From Candidatus Aegiribacteria sp. (lineage in GTDB: Bacteria > Planctomycetota > Phycisphaerae > Sedimentisphaerales > Anaerobacaceae), in the NCBI GenBank assembly GCA_048635425.1, contig JAIVYN010000001.1:2532-66531 (forward strand): a stretch of 64,000 nt of DNA, given 5' to 3'. Shown one piece after another: positions 10,401-18,803 of the stretch. Position 1 is the first letter of the stretch. Every line of letters begins with the position of its first letter. The notes beneath the pieces were generated by a model. The model saw only the letters and a list, made by a program, of their open reading frames with translations, ran no database searches and was not told where the DNA came from. A program made the translations under genes and the position numbers.

Positions 10401-11558
10401 ATGAAGACCATATATTTTGATAACAACGCCACGACAAAAGTATCTGAACAGGTGCTCGAAGAAATGAAGCCGTTGTTTTGTGAGCTTTACGGCAATCCTT
10501 CGAGTATGCACACGTTTGGCGGACAGATGGGCCGCAGAGTCCGTCAGGCACGCGAGCAGGTGGCCGGCCTGCTTGGTTGTGAGCCGAGCGAGGTTATATT
10601 TACCAGCGGCGGCACTGAAAGTGACAACACCGCTATCAAAGGTACCTTGGCTGCGCTGCCGCACAAACGCAAAATCATAACTACCAGAGTTGAGCATCCT
10701 GCTGTGTTGACCGTTTGCCGTGAGCTTGAAAATCGCGGCTACACCGTTGTGGAATTGCCAGTGGACAAACAGGGTCGGCTTGACCTTGCGGAGCTGGAAG
10801 AGCAAATCGATGATGATACCGCTTTGGTTACGATAATGTATGCAAACAATGAGACCGGTGTGGTATTTCCAATTGATAAAATCGCCGAATTAGTTGCCGA
10901 TAGGGGGGTTATATTTCACACCGATGCAGTACAGGCGATTGGCAAGATACCGCTGAACCTCTCGAAGAGCAATATCGATTTGCTCAGTCTCTCCGGCCAT
11001 AAGCTGCACGCCCCGAAGGGCGTAGGCGTTTTGTACGTCCGCAAGGGGACACGGCTGTCGCCGTTTATGTTGGGCGGCCATCAGGAAGCAGGCAGAAGGG
11101 CCGGCACCGAAAATGTACCAGGTATCGTCGGCTTAGGAAAAGCGTGCGAATTGGCTGCTGATAACTTCGAGCAGGAGAACAGCAAAGTAAAATACCTCCG
11201 TGATAAGCTTGAGAAAGCAATACTGGAAAAGTGCCCTGACTCCCGGCTCAACGGCGACAAGGAAAATCGCCTGCCAAATACGACTAATATCAGCTTCGAG
11301 TATATTGAGGGCGAGGCGATTCTGCTTATGCTTGATAAATACGGCATTTGCGCCAGCAGCGGCTCAGCCTGCACCTCCGGCTCACTCGAACCCAGCCACG
11401 TATTACGCGCGATGGGCGTACCCTTTACCGCCGCCCACGGCTCAATTCGGTTCAGCTTAAGCAGATACAACACAGAGGAAGAGGTCGATTACACCATCGA
11501 AAAAATGCCCGGGATTGTAAACCAGCTCCGCAAACTCTCACCTTTTGTAGCAAAATAG
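10401..11558 (+). CDS. nifS: Cysteine desulfurase NifS
   Basis: 385 aa. SGHKLHAPKGVG (PLP lysine) and SSGSACTSG (catalytic Cys loop). It starts 3 nt after nifU. Confidence 0.9.
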   Translation: MKTIYFDNNATTKVSEQVLEEMKPLFCELYGNPSSMHTFGGQMGRRVRQAREQVAGLLGCEPSEVIFTSGGTESDNTAIKGTLAALPHKRKIITTRVEHPAVLTVCRELENRGYTVVELPVDKQGRLDLAELEEQIDDDTALVTIMYANNETGVVFPIDKIAELVADRGVIFHTDAVQAIGKIPLNLSKSNIDLLSLSGHKLHAPKGVGVLYVRKGTRLSPFMLGGHQEAGRRAGTENVPGIVGLGKACELAADNFEQENSKVKYLRDKLEKAILEKCPDSRLNGDKENRLPNTTNISFEYIEGEAILLMLDKYGICASSGSACTSGSLEPSHVLRAMGVPFTAAHGSIRFSLSRYNTEEEVDYTIEKMPGIVNQLRKLSPFVAK

Positions 11559-11580
11559 TTCCACACGGTGTAATTTTGCG

Positions 11581-11608
11581 CAATACGATATACGCAATAC
11601 GCATCACG
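11581..11608. repeat. Heptamer tandem tract, ATACG family (4 units)
   Basis: CAATACG ATATACG CAATACG CATCACG, read directly. It lies between the nifS stop and the tRNA-Leu 3' end. Confidence 0.7.
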
Positions 11609-11614
11609 AATAAC

Positions 11615-11698
11615 TGCCGGAGGTGGGACTCGAACCCACACCCTGTTGCCAGGACGGGATTTTGAATCCCGCGCGTCTGCCAATTCCGCCACTCCGGC
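11615..11698 (-). tRNA. tRNA-Leu (anticodon CAA)
   Basis: Reverse complement: GCCGGAGTGGCGGAATTGGCAGACGCGCGGGATTCAAAATCCCGTCCTGGCAACAGGGTGTGGGTTCGAGTCCCACCTCCGGCA. It folds as a cloverleaf with a long variable arm and anticodon loop TTCAAAA. No encoded CCA. Confidence 0.9.
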
Positions 11699-11708
11699 CC
11701 TTCTAATT

Positions 11709-11778
11709 TACTATTTGCTATTTACTATTGAAGTGATGATGTTAAATAATAAATAGTCAATAGTCAATAGCCAATAAT
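11709..11778. repeat. Two inverted heptamer tracts (TACTATT x3 and AATAGTC/CAATAGT x5)
   Basis: 11709-11729 reads TACTATT TGCTATT TACTATT. 11744-11778 reads AAATAAT AAATAGT CAATAGT CAATAGC CAATAAT. The units are reverse complements, so the arms could form an imperfect hairpin. Confidence 0.7.
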
Positions 11779-11845
11779 TATAATGTCTTCCGGTGTGGCA
11801 GCAACATCTATGTGGGCGGATTCTACTGCTTTTGGTTGAAGGTTC

Positions 11846-12220
11846 CTATCCTTCCTTCCAGTACCGCTGCACAATACCGTCTTTTATCTCGAAGGAAACG
11901 CTGTGGTCTGTTTCCTTATCATCGACAATGATTATCGGAAACAGAACAAAGGCGTTGTCCTTTTTCATTATGCATCTGTACTTGAGGATCTCGGTCCCGT
12001 CTTCCGTCAAACGTTCTTCGGTGGGTTCACCAAGTGCCGCCACAAGCCAGTCCTTTGTCGTCTCGCCGCATTCGATCTGCCTGAGTGTCTGGTTTCCGAT
12101 AGGCCTATCTCTGCCGGTGTAGTGTTCGTCCGTCTTGCTGATAACACATCCGACAAGCAGAACTGACGTCACGGCCAGCAACGCAAAAAGAGCGATTTCG
12201 TTGTGCTTATACAGTTTCAT
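11846..12220 (-). CDS. Small lipoprotein, BamE/SmpA-OmlA-like (paralog 1)
   Basis: 124 aa. Signal peptide with lipobox LLVGC. LRQIECGETTKDWLVAALGEPT resembles the BamE-fold motif. AGGAGAAG sits upstream of the ATG. Confidence 0.55.
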   Translation of the reverse strand: MKLYKHNEIALFALLAVTSVLLVGCVISKTDEHYTGRDRPIGNQTLRQIECGETTKDWLVAALGEPTEERLTEDGTEILKYRCIMKKDNAFVLFPIIIVDDKETDHSVSFEIKDGIVQRYWKEG

Positions 12221-12320
12221 TTCTCACTTCTCCTAAATCAGCTCGCATTTAGCTCCTGCCACTTCGTTTATTTCGTATTTATTTCCCTAATCTCCCCATA
12301 TACTTATCTACGCACCCACT

Positions 12321-12351
12321 CATCAACATTCATCAATCATCAATAATCAAT
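12321..12351. repeat. Heptamer tandem tract, CATCAAT family
   Basis: CATCAAC att CATCAAT CATCAAT AATCAAT, between the two lipoprotein paralogs. Confidence 0.6.
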
Positions 12352-12359
12352 TAGAGTTG

Positions 12360-12728
12360 CTATCTTTCCTTCCAGTGCCGCTGCACAATACCGTCTTTGA
12401 GCTTAAACACAACGGTGTGTTCTATTTCCTTTGTATCTTCGATAGCGATGGGTGGCGGGAACATGGCAAATCTGTTGTCCTTTTTCTCTATGCATTTGTA
12501 CCTGAGGATCTCGCTCCCGTCTTCCGTCATACTTTCTTCGGTCGGCTCACCGACTATCGCCAAAAGCTGGTCTCTTGTCGTCCTGCCGGATTTTATCTGC
12601 CTTAGCTGCGAATTTTCAACGCCGCTGTAGTGCACATCACTTTGAGTGGCAACGCAGCCGGCAAGCAGAACCGACGTCACGCCCAGTGACACAAAAAGAG
12701 CAATTTCATTAAATTTATAATGTTTCAT
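12360..12728 (-). CDS. Small lipoprotein, BamE/SmpA-OmlA-like (paralog 2)
   Basis: 122 aa, lipobox LLAGC. It aligns along its whole length with 11846-12220 (roughly half the residues identical by eye). The RBS region is conserved (GATTTAGGAGAAG[TC]GAGAAATG). Confidence 0.55.
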   Translation of the reverse strand: MKHYKFNEIALFVSLGVTSVLLAGCVATQSDVHYSGVENSQLRQIKSGRTTRDQLLAIVGEPTEESMTEDGSEILRYKCIEKKDNRFAMFPPPIAIEDTKEIEHTVVFKLKDGIVQRHWKER

Positions 12729-12978
12729 TTCTCGCTTCTCCTAAATCAGTTGATATTTCCACGGAACAATTTACAGATACTCCCACGCCTTTCAATTGCA
12801 CATAATGTCAAACGTCTCTTTCGGTGTATACATTTTACTCTATCATAAATAAGGCACGCGAAGTCCTGACAGTAACAAAAAATATCAGCCATACGCCGGA
12901 ATCATATCTGGCACGAAAACCTCACTGGAAGACGTTTTATAAAGGAACCGAGTTAAATTCAGGAATATCCCAAGCACA

Positions 12979-13821
12979 CTATCTAATTCTTATAGAGCCA
13001 TAGCCGGTCTTCAAACTCAGCTTTCCATTTCCCTCACCTATTCTTCCTTCTATTCGCTTGCTGCTTATCTTGCCCTTCACTACAATCGGCAGGTCAGTTT
13101 TTATCGAGCCGTAGTTGGTTGCAAGTTCGACTTGTCCGGTGAATCCGGGCGGTGCTGTAAAGTCAATATTGCCGTACGATGTGCTTATGTTTGTTTGTGT
13201 TTCAGCCGGTGCCAAATCCGAATATTCGATATCGATATTGCCGTAGCTTGAGCCGGCAGTTAGCTCGTCAGATATAATTTCCCTGCAATCGACACTGCCA
13301 TAGGATGTATCCACTTGGATTTGGCCGTTAATGCTGTCACAGTTAATCGAGCCATAGCGGGTGTGTGCTTTCACGTAGCCGCTGGTATCAGCTAATTCTA
13401 TCGAGCCGTATGAGCTGGCACATTCGATGTTTGTTTGTACAGGGACAGTTATTTGGTAGCTAATACTTATTGAGCGTTTATTTTTCACGTGCGGCTTGTC
13501 TGCCCTGACCGTTAGTGTCTTTCCGGCCGGCTCAAGCTGTATATTCACTTTTTCAGCAATTTCAGCGGCTTCCTCCTCAGTAGGGGCCTGCACACGAATT
13601 GTAGCGACCACACTGCAATCGGCAGTATTGGTACCACCTACTGTTATAGAGCCATAGCTTGTTTTAGCCACAACGGTAGAGCCGGATTCCAAAGGCGCCT
13701 GGAGTCTAATTGTTTTCTCGTATTTGGCCCGGGGCCAATCACCGATATGAATAACGCACCCACTGACAGCAAGCAGTAAGCATAAGCCGAGAGCTAATAC
13801 TATAGTATATTTTTTCTTCAT
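12979..13821 (-). CDS. DUF4097-like beta-strand repeat lipoprotein (paralog A)
   Basis: 280 aa, lipobox AVSGC. Eight repeats of the S/T-Y-G-S/N-I type (TSYGSITVGG ... TGYGSIRIR at the C-terminus). Confidence 0.7.
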   Translation of the reverse strand: MKKKYTIVLALGLCLLLAVSGCVIHIGDWPRAKYEKTIRLQAPLESGSTVVAKTSYGSITVGGTNTADCSVVATIRVQAPTEEEAAEIAEKVNIQLEPAGKTLTVRADKPHVKNKRSISISYQITVPVQTNIECASSYGSIELADTSGYVKAHTRYGSINCDSINGQIQVDTSYGSVDCREIISDELTAGSSYGNIDIEYSDLAPAETQTNISTSYGNIDFTAPPGFTGQVELATNYGSIKTDLPIVVKGKISSKRIEGRIGEGNGKLSLKTGYGSIRIR

Positions 13822-13922
13822 TTTTCTGTCCCCTTAATTCTATAACTTTTTCTTGTACGAATCCCTCGTTGGTTTTCTGTTTATATAAGGACCGAGTTAA
13901 ATTCAGGGATATATCAAGAATA

Positions 13923-13994
13923 TTATCTTATTCTTATAGAGCCATCGTTTGTCTTGATATACAGCCTGCCTTGTCCTGTTCCTGTTGTTCCTTT
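13923..13994 (-). pseudogene. Relic 3' end (~23 codons) of a third DUF4097 paralog
   Basis: The minus strand reads ...GTTGTGQGRLYIKTNDGSIRIR-stop. At DNA level it is close to the 3' end of 16159-17142 (TTATCTTATTCTTAT[AT]GAGCCATCGT[TC]TGTCTT[GA]ATATACAGCCTGCCTT). Its downstream flank 13887-13915 matches 12942-12970. Confidence 0.5.
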
Positions 13995-16110
13995 ATTTTC
14001 GACGGAAGGGCTCCTTAAGCCTCTTCTGCACCCATTCTTTGTTGAGTCTTATCCCATATTGGTCATGCCTCATTTCTCTCTTTACGGACTTTTTCAGAGA
14101 CTCATTGTAACATTTTAGAGCCTTGTCCCGTTGTCCGAGCAGGTCGAGAAGATGTCCCTGCCATACGATCGCCGCGAAAGCTCGCAACGGGTCGTCTTGT
14201 TCTTGGGTCTCTACTCCTCTGAAGGCCTCCAAGGCTTCTTTGTAGTACTCCCCATCGTACAACGTCAGTCCGAGCTTGAACCAGCTGCCCGGGCTCAATA
14301 GGTTTCTGTCCCGAGCCTTGTTGAAGATGTCCAGAGCCTTCTTCCCCGCCCCGACCCAGGGAAGGTTTTGTATGGCTTTAGCAAGCTCTTGTTCGCCGAG
14401 TGAAGGCGGGGGAACGACCAAGGGCAGGGCCTGGTCCGGGTCGAGCTGGACGTCTTTGAGTGGTGATAGGCTCTCGAACCGGATTGTGTCCACATCCCGG
14501 AGACGATTCGTGAAAGTTCGCTGCGTGGTGCCATCTTCAAAATGAGCCGCCACCGGCACGGGCATTTTCAAGTCACCCAGACACCGAATTTCTATCTCAG
14601 AGATATAAGCGTCACCCTTCTTTTTACATTTCTTTAAAGCAACCTTGTACGAAAGATACTTATTGGAGTTCACCCATTGATCGAAGAACCATCCCAGGTC
14701 TTCTCCACTTTCCTGCTCGCATACCGCTCGAAACTCGTGCAGGCCGAGCCTTCGCCCGGCAAACTCTTTCAGGCATCGCCGGCAGATGCGGTCAAAGAGA
14801 GCCTCGCCCAGCACGCAATCAAGGGCACTGATGATGCTGAATCCCTTACCATGAATCACGATATTATTGAAGTCGAATTTGATCTTAGACCGTTCCTCCA
14901 GCGATCTGCTGACGGTTGTGTCGAGCCCGTCCCGCACGCCTTTGATGTATCTGGCCATGAGTTCCTGATGTTTTTGGTTGCCTAAGCTTCTCTCGCGGCA
15001 GTACTCTCTGTCGGCGTAAATCCCCAGCCCGATCCACAGCCAGCCGGGTTCGTCTTTTTCTATAACATACCTGCTCCAGTATTGATGGCCGATTTCGTGG
15101 GCTGTGATCCACCGCCAGTGCAGTTCTGGTTTCTCCTCCATCCGGCCCATGCCATGGATGACTATAATGCTGGTAGCCGCAGGATAGCCTCCAGCCGGAC
15201 GGTCCATTCCTGGAAGGATCGTCAGGATGCGATAGGGATAGAATCCAAACCGTTCCCGATAAAAATTGATGACATCGACTGCCGTTTCCTGAAGCAGTTC
15301 GGCGCACTTCCTGTCCTCGGGTCTGTAGAGACAACGAACAGCTACATCTTGGGCCTGGTCTTCAAGAACCTCGTATCCCTTGCTCAAGAAAAAGCCAAAA
15401 GACGGTACCGCCTCGGCGTGATAGCAACCGGTCTGGCGGTCAAACCGACCGCTCGTGGCAACCGTATATATATCCGGGACATCAAGCTTGACTTGATAAT
15501 CATTATGGGTATCAAAGCCCCACCATAGCCGAGGCCAGCCGGTCACCGGCCCAATTTCGTTCAGTTCCTCAGGCGGGGCAGGTGTGGACAGACCGAACTC
15601 GACCTGCAGCGTCAACGACTCACCGGGTCGGACAGGCTCGGCCAACATGAAATCCTGTGGGTACGATTCCAGGGGCGTTGGCAACTTCACGGGTATGCCG
15701 TTAGCCATGATCTTCAGGGTCTGGTTCCCGTACTTAAACCATGTGATGGCAAGCGTCTGCATTGGCCTGGATGTCGTGTTAACGAAAGAAATAACTTCCT
15801 TGCCTTGCAGGACGATGTCTTCTGCCAGCTTGATGGTGCAATCTATCTTGTAGTTTGCTCGCGGCGGTTGTCTCGGAGCCCAATACCCCACCGTGGCTGC
15901 CTCAGTCTCTTGAGCCTTGGCGATACTTGTGGATACCGTCAGTGCAAGGGCAGTCAAAGTATAAACCAAATGTACAAATAACCTGGTCCTTTGAATGTCT
16001 CCCTGTCCGCTGATACCTTTATATGCTCCGCACTGCGTGTTGGATACTATGGAACGACTGAATGGTAGCGCTGTCCCACATCCTAAGTCAGTCATGTAAG
16101 TAGGTTCCAT
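13993..16110 (-). CDS. HEXXH zinc metallopeptidase (M1 / MA-clan-like) with C-terminal TPR region
   Basis: 705 aa with WITAHEIGHQYW. The canonical M1 NEG glutamate 18 residues later is not obvious (LWIGLGIY), so the subfamily is uncertain. The C-terminus is TPR-like (YYKEALEAF..., ALKCYNESL). The hydrophobic signal region starts about residue 45, so the true start may be internal. Confidence 0.6.
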   Translation of the reverse strand: MEPTYMTDLGCGTALPFSRSIVSNTQCGAYKGISGQGDIQRTRLFVHLVYTLTALALTVSTSIAKAQETEAATVGYWAPRQPPRANYKIDCTIKLAEDIVLQGKEVISFVNTTSRPMQTLAITWFKYGNQTLKIMANGIPVKLPTPLESYPQDFMLAEPVRPGESLTLQVEFGLSTPAPPEELNEIGPVTGWPRLWWGFDTHNDYQVKLDVPDIYTVATSGRFDRQTGCYHAEAVPSFGFFLSKGYEVLEDQAQDVAVRCLYRPEDRKCAELLQETAVDVINFYRERFGFYPYRILTILPGMDRPAGGYPAATSIIVIHGMGRMEEKPELHWRWITAHEIGHQYWSRYVIEKDEPGWLWIGLGIYADREYCRERSLGNQKHQELMARYIKGVRDGLDTTVSRSLEERSKIKFDFNNIVIHGKGFSIISALDCVLGEALFDRICRRCLKEFAGRRLGLHEFRAVCEQESGEDLGWFFDQWVNSNKYLSYKVALKKCKKKGDAYISEIEIRCLGDLKMPVPVAAHFEDGTTQRTFTNRLRDVDTIRFESLSPLKDVQLDPDQALPLVVPPPSLGEQELAKAIQNLPWVGAGKKALDIFNKARDRNLLSPGSWFKLGLTLYDGEYYKEALEAFRGVETQEQDDPLRAFAAIVWQGHLLDLLGQRDKALKCYNESLKKSVKREMRHDQYGIRLNKEWVQKRLKEPFRRK

Positions 16111-16158
16111 TTTTGCTTCCTTCCTTTCATGTATGACAACAGGGGAGTTTCATTGAAA

Positions 16159-17142
16159 TTATCTTATTCTTATTGAGCCATCGTCTGTCTTAATATACAG
16201 CCTGCCTTCTCCCGTTCTGATTGTTCCTTTAATTCCGCTTTTGCCTAATTTCCCCGTCACTTTTATTGGCAAATCTGTATTTATCGAGCCATCGTTCGTT
16301 ATAACTTCGACATCCGCAGAGAAGTTCGCCGGGGCAGTTAAGTCGATAGCGGCATCATCTGTAACCAACGAGATATTACAAACACCGCCGGCATCTTCAG
16401 AATATACCACTGTGATCCTTCCATCATCGCTTTGAATATTTACATCACCGCTAACCTCCTGGACCCTGGTCGAACCATCATTACTTCTGACTTTTATGTC
16501 CCCAACGACTCGTGACATGGTTACCGAACCGTCATCGGTCTGGATGTCTATCCATCCGGCCCTCTGCAAGTTTACATCACTATTAAACTCCTGGATATTG
16601 ACCGAGCCGTCATTGCTTCTGACTTTTATATCTCCAACAATTCGTGCAAGCGATACTGAACCATCATCGGTTTTTATGTCAATATCCCCATTGATGTGTT
16701 CTATCGTAATATCCCCATCATCCGTGCTAAGTTGCACATCGCAATCCTTCACTACCATCGCCTCGACCTGAATATCCACGCTTTGGTTCATCATCAATAT
16801 CGGCTTTTCAAGTTTTACCGTTAGCTTAGAGCCGAATTGTTCAAGTTTTACCTTTGTCTTTTCAGCGATTGTTCTGGCTTTTTCATCCGAATCAGCCCTG
16901 GCGATAATCGTGGCGGTGACATTGCAATCCGTAATCTCGCCGCCGTTTATAGTAATCCAGCCGTCGTTGCTCTTGGCCGCAAATAAAGAGCCGGCCGACA
17001 TTGGCTTGGATAGCTGCACCGTCCTTTCATATCTTGCCCGGGGGTAACTATATCCTCTTATTTGGATATAGCAGCCTGCAACGGAGATTAACGAGCAAAG
17101 CAAACAATACAGCAATATTCTTGTGAAGATAGCACTTTTCAT
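16159..17142 (-). CDS. DUF4097-like beta-strand repeat lipoprotein (paralog B)
   Basis: 327 aa, lipobox VAGC. About ten T/S-D/N-D-G-S-I/V repeats ending TDDGSIRIR. An internal module is duplicated (VGDIKVRSNDGS twice). Confidence 0.7.
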   Translation of the reverse strand: MKSAIFTRILLYCLLCSLISVAGCYIQIRGYSYPRARYERTVQLSKPMSAGSLFAAKSNDGWITINGGEITDCNVTATIIARADSDEKARTIAEKTKVKLEQFGSKLTVKLEKPILMMNQSVDIQVEAMVVKDCDVQLSTDDGDITIEHINGDIDIKTDDGSVSLARIVGDIKVRSNDGSVNIQEFNSDVNLQRAGWIDIQTDDGSVTMSRVVGDIKVRSNDGSTRVQEVSGDVNIQSDDGRITVVYSEDAGGVCNISLVTDDAAIDLTAPANFSADVEVITNDGSINTDLPIKVTGKLGKSGIKGTIRTGEGRLYIKTDDGSIRIR

Positions 17143-17476
17143 TTTTCTTCCCTTTCAATTAATATTTTCTATGTCTTGCAGTGCTCGCAGCAATCATCAT
17201 AATTTTTCCGACGACTTTGAAATTTAGGTTTGACAGGAGCAATTATGCCGGCCAAATGTTACCATTTTGTTACGGATTTATCCTTTTTTTGTTATTTTTT
17301 TTGATTTTTTTGCTTCCACGCGGCCGATTAAGATATTTAATATATGCATTCACTTTATCGGCGTATTCTGGATTACAGTTTTGGAAGGGTGGGGCTTGCC
17401 CCACCGTTTATCTTAAATTCGCGTTCGCCTTGTTGGCGGATTTTGATTTAGAGAGCCCAAAGTAGGAGATAAGAAA

Positions 17477-17551
17477 ATGTGCAATACTTGTGGCTGTCGC
17501 TCAAAAAAGAAAAAAACAACAAAAAAGAAAGCCAAGAAGAAAAAGAAATAA
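17477..17551 (+). CDS. Candidate 24-aa micro-ORF, Cys-rich head and poly-Lys tail
   Basis: AGGAG (17464-17468), 8-nt spacer, ATG. It encodes MCNTCGCRSKKKKTTKKKAKKKKK-stop. It is too short for the ORF track and has no homology support. Confidence 0.3.
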   Translation: MCNTCGCRSKKKKTTKKKAKKKKK

Positions 17552-17632
17552 AAATACCTAATCGATCATCCTTAATCAATATTGATTTTGAAGATCCGCT
17601 CCGGGCGAAATCCGTTGTCTGGTCGGGGCAAT

Positions 17633-17660
17633 CAATAGTAAATCGTCAATAGTCAATTAT
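17633..17660. repeat. Heptamer tandem tract, CAATAGT family
   Basis: CAATAGT AAATCGT CAATAGT CAATTAT. It overlaps the last codons and stop of proB (...IIDY-stop). Confidence 0.6.
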
Positions 17661-18800
17661 GACGATATCTTCCGGGATTGCGACGACGTCTCTGTGGGCT
17701 GGGCCGAGGAGTTTTTTTATCTCGGTGCTGTGCTTGCCGGCTAAGGTCTTTAGTTGAGTGCTGCCGATGCTCGTTACGGCCTTGGCGTTATTATTTAGCA
17801 TAATAACCGCACCGGCCTCGAAAGAGCCTTTTACCGAGATTACGCCGCTGGGCAGGAGACTTTTGCGATTTTTGATTGCCTGCATAGCGCCCTCATCGAT
17901 AAATATTGTCCCGGCAGGGCTGCTGTTGAGAATCCATCTCGAACGATTTGAGAGCTTCCGTTTCGGCATAAAGACCGTGCCTATCTCTTCACCGGCGATA
18001 ATTCGGCCGATGATGTTTTTCACTCTGCCGTCCGCTAAAACTATACGAAAGCCGGCATTGGAGGCGATCTTTGCAGCTTCAATTTTGGTTTTCATTCCGC
18101 CGGTGCCGTGGGTGCTGCCCCTGCCTCCGGCGTTTCGAATAATATCGCCGGTTATCTCGAAGACGGCGTGTATAGGCCTGGCGTCAGTGAATTTTTGCGG
18201 GTCCTTATCGTAAAGGGCGTCGATGTCACTGAGCATAATCAAAAGGTCGGCGTCGATTTTACTGGCGACCAGGGCGCTTAGTCTATCGTTATCGCCGAAG
18301 GCTGAGCCGATTTCGTCAGTGCTTACACTGTCGTTCTCGTTCAGGATTGGCACCACGGACAATTTGAGCAGTGTCTCGATGGAATTGCGAAGGTTCAGAT
18401 AGGTCCTTCTGTTATTTAGCACCTCAGCGGTCAGCAAAACCTGGGCGACGGTAATACCGTAGCGGGCAAATGACTTTCTGTATTCAGCCATAAGTAACGG
18501 CTGTCCGATAGCAGCGCAGGCCTGTCGCATCTTTGTATTCTTTACACCGTTAGAAACCAGACGTCTGGCGTCTGTTCTGCCGGTGGTAGATTTACTAACT
18601 GGGCCGGGAATGTACAACTGGCCGGCCCCCATACCGATAGCACCGGAGCTGATAATAACGACCTGCCTGCCGGTTTTAAGAAGTGAATTTATCTGCCGGA
18701 CGATTCGGCGAACGTAGGCGGTATCTATCCTACTGTTTTTCGTCAGAATATTTGTGCCGATTTTTACAACTATTCGCTTTGCTTTACTAAAGTCCCGCAT
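17646..18800 (-). CDS. proB: Glutamate 5-kinase with PUA domain
   Basis: 384 aa. Amino-acid kinase fold (RIVVKIGTNILT, SSGAIGMG, FGDNDRLSA) plus a C-terminal PUA-like domain. It lies downstream of proA. Confidence 0.9.
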   Translation of the reverse strand: MRDFSKAKRIVVKIGTNILTKNSRIDTAYVRRIVRQINSLLKTGRQVVIISSGAIGMGAGQLYIPGPVSKSTTGRTDARRLVSNGVKNTKMRQACAAIGQPLLMAEYRKSFARYGITVAQVLLTAEVLNNRRTYLNLRNSIETLLKLSVVPILNENDSVSTDEIGSAFGDNDRLSALVASKIDADLLIMLSDIDALYDKDPQKFTDARPIHAVFEITGDIIRNAGGRGSTHGTGGMKTKIEAAKIASNAGFRIVLADGRVKNIIGRIIAGEEIGTVFMPKRKLSNRSRWILNSSPAGTIFIDEGAMQAIKNRKSLLPSGVISVKGSFEAGAVIMLNNNAKAVTSIGSTQLKTLAGKHSTEIKKLLGPAHRDVVAIPEDIVIIDY

Positions 18801-18803
18801 AAT

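Noticed and set aside
11348-11692. ORFs 11348-11665 (+) and 11489-11692 (-)
   Set aside because: They overlap the nifS 3' end and tRNA-Leu. The tRNA cloverleaf explains the sequence.
17181-17465. 94-aa + strand ORF in the proB / DUF4097-B gap
   Set aside because: It is a translation of T-rich low-complexity DNA (FILFLLFFLIFLL) with no RBS. It runs through a GC hairpin.
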